From Paraspadella gotoi (taxonomy: Eukaryota; Animalia; Chaetognatha): a DNA stretch of 64,000 nucleotides. The notes beneath the pieces were generated by a model. That model saw only the letters and a list, made by a program, of their open reading frames with translations, did no database searches and was not told the DNA's origin. Shown one piece after another: positions 55,431 through 64,000 of the stretch. The stretch is taken from positions 10,786,674 through 10,850,673 of the forward strand of contig CM119266.1 in the NCBI GenBank assembly GCA_051294375.1, written 5' to 3'. The first letter of the stretch is position 1. Each line of letters opens with the position of its first letter. A program made the position numbers and the translations under genes.

Positions 55431-58109
55431 CTATTTCTCGAAGGCCGCTTTCATCTGAGTCACGCTCCTGGATTCGAGACGCTCTGGTCGCTGATTATAT
55501 TGAACGGGGGCGATGAAAGCAAGGGAGAGGAGGAAGAGGAGGAGGGGGAGGAGGAATAGGAGGAGTGGGAGGAGGAGAGGATGGATCGATGAAGGAAGAG
55601 ATTAGTTGGGGTTGAAGAAGCGAAGGACGGAGGAAAAAAGAAAAAAAAAAGGAAAGAAGAAAAAGAAAGGGAAAGAATAAAAGAAAAGAAGAGAAGTTGA
55701 ATCAAAGTTTGAATCGTTGAATCTATTTTTAAGATTAATTTTCTATTTTTAGTGTTAATATCAATTGAATCGTTACTTGTAATGTCTTATATGCAACAGG
55801 GTTTAATCATAATGTCCATATTTGCTATATTTCTGGCAAATGGCAAAATTCGGAAACAAAGCCCCAAAGCCTCTTCCGCTTTCCCGATCGAAAAGTGACG
55901 ACTCGAAAAGTATCTTTGTCCCGAGGGCCAGTCGAAGGGATTCACTCTTTTCCGAATTTCCTGAGAAACGAGGAAGTTTCGTATCGAGGAAGAACGACTC
56001 AGATTCTATATTTTTTTTTTTATTAGGGCGAAAAGTAAAAGATGAGGAAAACTCTGGATTAAAAATTAGGGAAATGTCGGACAGATTACGTCTTTACGAG
56101 ATGACTCTTTTGATATCAGTTTTTGGGAATTGCAATTAAGAATGGATGAGGAGAGAGAGATAAAGAGAGAGACGAGAGAGACGAGAGAGAGAGAGAGTAC
56201 ATTTTGGCATCGACAACAAAACTTTATATTCACTTCCGTCGTCAAAGACGATAAAAAAACATTGCGCTTCCTCTTCCGTCTTTAATAGTTTTCTAAGGAA
56301 AATGAAAAGAAAATAAAATTTTTTAAAAAAAATGTTCATTAGGATGAGTCATCCATCGGGTATAAAAAAGATTAATCTGCGCCGACGATTAAGTCATTTC
56401 ATTAGAACCTAGGTAAGGAGTAAGGAGGTGCGAGGAAGAGAGAGAGAGAGATGAAAAGAAATAAGGAAAAGAAATGAAAATAAAGGAAAGAAAAGGAAAA
56501 GGGGAAGTTTAAAAGGAAAAAAAAGGAAGGAGTTGAACGAAAAAAAAAAGATAAAGAGGTTTTTGAGGAGGAAAAATTCACCTTCGAGCGACTAACGACT
56601 TTTTCGGCGCCGAAGATTGCAAAAAAAATGTCTGGCGCCGTTTCCAGAGAGATGGCAAGATGGCAAGATGGCGTCTCTTGCTTGATGTGGACCTCATGCA
56701 GTGAGATATCGCTGTTTTTTTACTGAAATAAGAATATGGCGTATCTGGCGGTTCCTAATGGTCAGACTGCAGATTTAGTGAGTTTCCTTGTGATGCGATT
56801 GGGAAAATCAATATAAAATTATCTATCCTTAAGTTATCTCGCCACTTCTTTTCATGTCACTGGTACAAAATTCGAAGAGCGGGCTATATTAATATCTATA
56901 TTGATCGCCTGAAAAAACTGGCATGTCACGTAAAGACCCGGGTAATCTTTAATAGTAATTCACATCCTGTTTAATTAATTCAGGGCAGAGAAAAGTTGCG
57001 CAGGAAATAATACGATGCTTCATTCTGTCAATGAAAACGTATCTGTGGTGTAAAACGGGACGCTCACTCTCAGACTTTTAAAATTTTTAAGAATGGCGCC
57101 TTCAGCCCACTAATCAGATTCGAAATTCGTTCGAGCCTCCACCCAATCAACGTCGAGATAGCGTCTAGACGACGTCGACGACAGACGACTTAAAAAACTA
57201 AACTCATCTAGAATTAATTTCCGAAAAAAATTTTATTTACTTTTTTTCTTCTATTTTGCCGGAAATGATGGAATCGCCTAGTTTCGTTCGGGCGCCATCC
57301 GCCGACGAATTCCTCCGGCTGCTGCCATCTTTCTTATGTTTTTCTTTCTTTTTTAATGAAAGCGAAATTGAAGAAAAAAAAAGTATGATGGTTTAATTGA
57401 GACCTGAAAGGCAACGACTCGTCTTATCAAAGAAAACGGCCGCCAATTTTTTTTTTTGTACATCGTGGATTAATTCGGAGAGTTTTCGGCGCCCAGAAGT
57501 TTATTATTAAAATGTTGATGTTTTTTAAAGAGATTTTTTTCTCTAGATTTATTAGTTTTCAAAGTTAATGGCGTTAGTGAAGTTTTAAAGGCCTAATTTC
57601 AAAATTTATCTCAAAAGATTCTACACTCGAGTCGTCCTTGCCTCTCGTTTTATAAATGATTAAGTTAAGCGTATAATTTATTAACGCGAAAGAGCTCTTA
57701 ATCGCAGGCAGTATAAAATATATATAAATATATTTAAATAGGTACCCCCGCTCGCCCCCTCGCTCAAGTTCCTTTCTTTCCCCATCGACGAGTTTATGAA
57801 AAAAAAAAACGCTTTGAAAGAGTCATGAGTTTGGCGGGAAATCGGTTGCTACTATGTGAAGCATGCATCAGCGCCCTTGTAAGTGCTGCGGAATATTTTG
57901 CGTCTCCTTGGCAACGCGGAGACGAGAAAAATTATAAATAATAATAGATGAGCTCCTTCGAAAAAAATAATCATGTAGTTTTTGCGGATCTGCGAATCAG
58001 GAATCGGCGTTGGCTTTCTAGGTGTTTTCTCCCTCTCAGTTAATCAATTATAATTAACTGTTTTAAATAATTCTTTAAAATATATACTTCTTTTTTTTGT
58101 AATTTCTTC

Positions 58110-58281
58110 ACTTACCTGAGTAAGGCGAGGAATCCGAGTGGGAGCAAGAATTAAAAATGGGAAAGAAAGGGGAGAAAATAAGATTAACGGTTGAAAAAAA
58201 ATAAAATTACATTAAACATCATACATGAACAATTGAACATTGAATAAACGTATATTGTTTAAAATTCGTCGGAGATCAATT
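58110..58281 (-). promoter_or_regulatory. Candidate recursive splice site (pyrimidine tract-CAG|GTAAGT)
   Basis: The minus strand reads ttttctcccctttctttcccatttttaattcttgctcccactcggattcctcgccttactCAG|GTAAGT. There is no other AG for about 160 nt upstream. Confidence 0.4.
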
Positions 58282-59164
58282 CTTTCATTATAACAAAATT
58301 TCGACAAGGCGGGACCAATTAAGAAGAATCTCGACTAACCGNNNNNNNNNNNNNNNNNNNNNNNNNNNNNNNNNNNNNNNNNNNNNNNNNNNNNNNNNNN
58401 NNNNNNNNNNNNNNNNNNNNNNNNNNNNNNNNNNNNNNNNNNNNNNNNNNNNNNNNNNNNNNNNNNNNNNNNNNNNNNNNNNNNNNNNNNNNNNNNNNNN
58501 NNNNNNNNNNNNNNNNNNNNNNNNNNNNNNNNNNNNNNNNNNNNNNNNNNNNNNNNNNNNNNNNNNNNNNNNNNNNNNNNNNNNNNNTTTTTTTTCGCCG
58601 AGTCGATTATGTATCCCTACGAGCGCCCAACCGCCCCCCGCTCTCCCTTCTCCATCCCTCCCCTTCACCAATTCATTCCCTCCCTCCTGCTCCCCCATTT
58701 TTTTCCTTCGAGCGAAAAAGTAATTCGCGTCGTTAGTTAAATCGCGTTTCTTTTAAGTTCCCAACTTTTTTTTTGCTTCGCCTCGCCCTGTGTTTTGTTT
58801 TTGTGTGAGTTTTTGAGTGCGTTTGCGTGTGGGTGTGTGTTTTGTGTGTGGTTTTTTGCGACGTCTTTACTTTTATCTTTATCTTTATCTTTATTTAAAA
58901 AATTCATTTATTATTTGGTTTCATCGATTCCTTAGTTTCTCTCCTGTTAATTTTATTTAATTTTCTTTCTTTCTTTTTTTTCTCTTTCTTTCTTTCTTTC
59001 TTTCTTTNNNNNNNNNNNNNNNNNNNNNNNNNNNNNNNNNNNNNNNNNNNNNNNNNNNNNNNNNNNNNNNNNNNNNNNNNNNNNNNNNNNNNNNNNNNNN
59101 NNNNNNNNNNNNNNNNNNNNNNNNNNNNNNNNNNNNNNTATTTAATTTATATTTATATTATTTT

Positions 59165-59195
<31 letters not shown>

Positions 59196-59931
59196 TTTCT
59201 CTCTTCTCTCTCTCTTCTTCTCTCTCTCTTCTCTCTCTCTCTCTCTCTCTCCTCTCTCCTCTCTCTCTTTCTCTCTCTCTCTCTCTACTCTTTTTATTTC
59301 CTATTTCCTTTCTTTTTTTTATATTTCCCTCTCTCTTGCCAATTTCCCGCCAGCGACGAGACTTTTTTTTATTTCCGCAATTCAGCGCAACAAAAACATC
59401 CAAGAGATTGAGTTCGTCGACACCCCCCCGCCATAGCAGACAACCCCGGCCTCTCGTGGTTTCACCCCCCGCCACTCTCTTTGGCGTCGATACCACTGCG
59501 TTTCCTTAGTCGAAAACCCCGCCACCTTTGGATCGAAAACTACGCACATACGTACGAGGCTAAACTCCCTCGCCACCAGACTGCCTCTTTCGACACCCTT
59601 TGTCGTCACTCCGCAACCCTTGGTTTAAACCCTCGCCATACTCGATCGACACCCCTGGCACCCGAAACCAATCCCAGACGACCCCTCTCCTCTTCAGCTC
59701 CGTGGTAATTCTCTTTCCACCTATTGAACTCTCTTTTACACCTTTGCCCCTTCCCTTTCTCACCCCATAACACCGCCCACCACCACAATCGCCCTCCAAC
59801 GACCCTCTATTCTCAAAACCCACAAACTCATCCTTCTGCTTTATTCCCCAGGGCTCCTGGTTCGGTTGCGTTCAGGTTGAAATTACAAACACCAATCTGG
59901 ATTCCGAGTTTACAAGGAAGGAAATGGAGAG

Positions 59932-59968
<37 letters not shown>

Positions 59969-62339
59969 GACGGGGAAAAGAGGAGAGAGAGAGGAGGAGA
60001 GATAGAGAGAGAGGAGAGAGAGACGAGAGAGAAGATGAGAGAGAGAGCAGAGACGGAAACGCGTTAATGAGTCGAGCGCAGGTTTGTTGCATTAGAGTAA
60101 GTTCATAACAAAACAACGTATTCGACCTTGAAGGAAAAAAGAAGGTAAGGTGAGGTAAGCACATTTTTTCAATTTTTTTTTTCCCAGTTTAAATCTTTGT
60201 TTCTTTTTCTCCGTTTTTTTTCCCTTTTTTTTCCACAGAATTTGTTTTTCCTCTCCGTTTGAAAAAAATGTGAGGGAAGGAGGGGGTTTTTTTTCTTTTT
60301 TGGGGGGGGAGATAAGTTCGTCGTGATTTGTCGACGCAAACTTCAGAGACGACACGCCCATGGCAACAACAACTAACAAAAAAAAAATGGGAAGAAAGTA
60401 ATCAGTTTTGTTTTTCGAAAATAATCTCGTTGGTTTTTTTAACGGCAATTTCGTCTTTTATTCTCTTTTCCATGTGGGACCGGCAAAAACTACTAGGGGT
60501 TACGAAAGAAAACGATTATTGTGTGCGTACGAGTCTTTCGTTTTGCCATCTTAGTTTCGAATTTCAGTACTTCTTCGTCGATTTAAGATGTTGTAGCTCG
60601 ATCGGGCGGGCGCCACGCCTTCCTTTCCGACGCCCGCCTCTCGCCTCTCTCTCGCCTCTCGCCTCTCGCCTCTGCCGCCTCTCTCACTTCGCTTCACCTG
60701 ACGCCTCCTTTTCTCCCAATCCACCGACGTCCGCCCGAAACTCACATCTTCTCCCCCCCCCCTCGCCGCAGATGGATTCGACGGGGCGATTCGCCCTCGA
60801 GCATCCTTTCCGCGAACGTCCCTTCCCACTCGATCCTCCAATCTCTCTCCGCCAGACGGCTCCAACTAAGCGCGACTACGAAATGTTTGGGCGACGAAAA
60901 AAAAAAAAAAAAATCAAAAAGCATAACAAACTCGAGCGATTTCCTTAGCATCTCACTTTATAATTTTAACCATAGCCATACATTTTTGGCCTTCTCCTTA
61001 CCCATATCTCCTCACCCCCTTACCCCCTTCCCTCTTTTCCCTTGCCCCATTTCACCATCGATCCCCCCTTCGTCTTTAAGATTAAGGATATATTTTTTCC
61101 ATCGAAAACTAATCCGGGAAAAAACTTTTGAAAAAATGATGAAGAAGAAAAAAAATAAGTTAAATCAAATTAAAAAGGATTTGTTGAAAAAAAAAAAAAA
61201 AATTCGGGGTTAAATTTCCAGGAAAGATGAGGAAAATCTTCGGGTTTCCCGCCAAAGATCGCGCGATCTCAGAGTCACGTGATCTCTCGACGTTGAGCGA
61301 AGATCTAAAAAGATCTTTTCAAGCGATTGTGTGAATTGAGAGAATTATTAAGTAATTTAGGCAAATAAATAATAATTATCCTGATTATAGATTAGAATTT
61401 GAAAGCGGAAAACCTAAACATGCGAGGAATTTTTTTTTATTTATTTATCTTTCCAAAAGAACATTTTGAAGGCAAGATATTACTACCTACAACAAACTTC
61501 AGGTTCGACTTCCGTAGTTAAGTGCCCGATGACTCAATCGCGACGTAAAGTCTCAGGAGTCAACAGAAAACGTAAAAGAAAAAAAAGAAAGAATCAAATA
61601 AAGAAAAAAAGATAGTGGACGGAATGGGAAGACGTTGAGTACGAGAAATAAAAACTAGAAAAAGACAGAAGAGGAAAAACAATATGAACGGAGCACACAA
61701 AGAATGAAACCCAAAATCAAAAGATAAATAAGAGACAAGTAAGTGAGATAGAGAGAGAGAGAGAGGGATAAGAGAGAGTCGAGAGGAGAGAGACGAGATG
61801 AGACAATAAAAAAACTAAAAAAAAAAAAACAGAGGGAGAAGACAAATTAAAAAAAAAAAAAATAAAAGGTAAGGAAAGGACGAGAAGAAGGAAGAAAGAA
61901 GAAGAGGAGACGAGGGTTCCGCCTCGAAACCTGGTTCTAAGGCAAATGGAGGCCGGCAAAGGAGACGAGACGAGAGACGGAAAGGTCGGTGGAGGAGAAG
62001 ATGGGGGGTTGAAGAGGGTGAGAAAAGGAAACGGGGGAAGTGGCCGGCCGGTAATGTGAAGAGAGCGCGAAGAAAGAAAAGGCGTTCGAAAAAGAATGAT
62101 ACGTAGGAACGACGGGAAAGAGGGAAGGAATCGAGAGTTGGCAAGCTTTGCTTGGTCGGGGTGAGAAGTGTGAGGAATGAATATTTAATCGGAGTGTGCA
62201 GAACGCGGCCGCTCCGTTTTATCGACGCAGAGACAGAAACGCATGGAAGGGGAGGAGGGGGGGGCGTGGAAATCCGTAACGGGAGGAGGAATTTTTTAAA
62301 GGCGGAAAAACGCGAGATGTAACTGATCGAGTGAGAATC

Positions 62340-62869
62340 GAATAATAAACCTTCCGCTCGAATCCGGGTTTCTTTACCCGATGAATATTCACCTCCCTTC
62401 CTCGTCCCCGGGACTCCTCACCAACTTTCCCCTCACCCCCCCCCAATCCATCGACCCTTACCACCCTCCGAACCTTCGCCCCGCGAGAAAAAAACCCGGC
62501 TTTTGCCTCGGCGAGCCTCGAACGCGCGCGACCTCGAGATGAGCGGAAAAGTAGTTAGAGGAGAGAGAAGAGAGAAAGGAGAGGAGAGGAGGAGAGAAAA
62601 AAAAAAAAGAAATCGGCCTCGACCCCGGATCCCTCCCGCCAGGTGGGAGAGGGAGAGAGACGAGAGATGAGAGAGAGAGGAGATGATGAGAGGATGAGAA
62701 AGAGAGAGAGCTGGCGCAAGATAGAGAGAGAGGAGTGAAAGAGAGAGGTGGATGAGAAAGAGAGAAGAGAGAGAGAGGAGAGCCCGAGCGAGGCGCTCCA
62801 AAGCGTATTCCAGATAAGCACTAGCGGCCACTTTCAAAAACTGCTCTCTCCTTTTCATTTCTTCTCTCT

Positions 62870-62906
<37 letters not shown>

Positions 62907-63320
62907 TCTCCTCTTTCCTCCTTCCGCCTTTTACGAACGCTCTCCGCTTTCCAGTTAAGCAGCTGTAGCCCCGCACCTCTCCGCCACGTATCCCTACCCC
63001 ATGCGCGTTGCCACCGCCCCTCGGTCGCGCCGAAGCTTATCCATCGCGAGCGCTCTCGCGTCTGGGCTTCCGGTTTCAATCGGTTTAATGACGTCGAGCG
63101 TTCGCCGGGAGGTATGGTTTGGGGTGATGTGGGGAGGGGGTGGGTAGAAATTTGGTTGTTAGGATGGCAGGCGGTAAGGTGTGTGCTGATGGGTGGTTAT
63201 TAGGGTTGGTGAAGAGAGAGACCTGCAGTTTGGGCTTTTTTCTGCAACGACTGTTTAGCGATTGCGACGAGACGGAAAAGGGATTTATATTCGTCGGTTT
63301 ATAAAATACCCGTTGGTCGG
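62340..63320. repeat. Probable noisy fold-back centred near 62800-62860
   Basis: GA-rich 62560-62780 faces CT-rich 62845-62925. 63265-63312 resembles the reverse complement of 62362-62410. Confidence 0.5.
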
Positions 63321-64000
63321 AATAAGATTGGTGGTCGGAGGGCGGTGTTTGCTTTGTGGTTTGGGACGAACGTGCTTGGGCGGGGATGTTGGTTTGGGTC
63401 GGGGAATCATTACGTGGGAAAAGTGGAAAAGGGTGGGAGGTTGGAAGGGGTGGTGGGGGGAAGCGCGCCTTGCAACGAGGGTTCAAGAACGACGGTGGAG
63501 AATTCATTAGGCCTCGTTTGATAGAGGAAAGGAGGGGAAGGAGACAGAGAGAGAGAAGATCCGACGATGGAGGAGAGAGAGAGAGAGGAGAGAGAGAGAT
63601 GAGAGAGAAAGAGAGAGAGAGAGTGAGAGAACTTTTTGAGTGTATAATAGGCCAGAACAGATGAGAGAAGACATTTACAAAAATCGTGAATAGAGGCGTC
63701 GTAGTTTAGCGTAATCTAAAAGTGAATAAGGAAATAAAGAAACGAACATTAAGTCAAGGAAAGCGACTAGAAAAAAAAAATCTAAAAAAATCTAAATAGG
63801 ATTTTCGGTTTTTTTTTTTCCGTCACGACTCTGATTTTGGAAACGCCGCCTCCGATTTGGCTTTGCTGATTGCCGAACAACCGAAAATAAAATTTCCCTT
63901 TTTCGAATTTAATTCTTTTTTTTTTTTGGTTCGAAATTGCGGATTTGATCTCGTGGAAGGAAAAAAAATTGAATTAGGCAATTTATTTCGTTTTTTTTTT

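Overview
Eukaryotic genomic DNA, most likely arthropod judging from the protein signature, taken from a gap-filled draft assembly. It is rich in (AG/CT)n and (GAC/GTC)n microsatellites, has many N gaps (six of exactly 25 N) and has stretches of indel-rich, unpolished-looking sequence. The only gene I can identify is a minus-strand poly(rC)-binding protein gene (PCBP/hnRNP E/Drosophila mub family). Three phase-0 coding exons with canonical splice sites (32775-32831, 23259-23501, 13445-13573) encode most of KH1 and all of KH2. I did not find the start exon or the KH3 exons. One intron holds a ~5.9-kb, apparently full-length non-LTR retrotransposon (gag-like CCHC ORF1, APE-RT ORF2) on the opposite strand, sitting in a (CT)n tract. 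A second copy of the same intron lacks the element, which suggests an insertion polymorphism. The large palindrome (13594-20366 vs 20392-32496) and several smaller inverted or tandem duplications look like assembly artefacts: flipping the left arm restores a branch point and pyrimidine tract for the 129-bp exon. The best biological leads are a possibly (TC)n-targeting LINE, C-rich 3' splice sites and a candidate poison exon in a poly(C)-binding protein gene, and a candidate recursive splice site at 58110-58118. Nearly all ORFs in the supplied track are microsatellite or gap artefacts. I found no CRISPR array, RNA gene or prokaryotic system.
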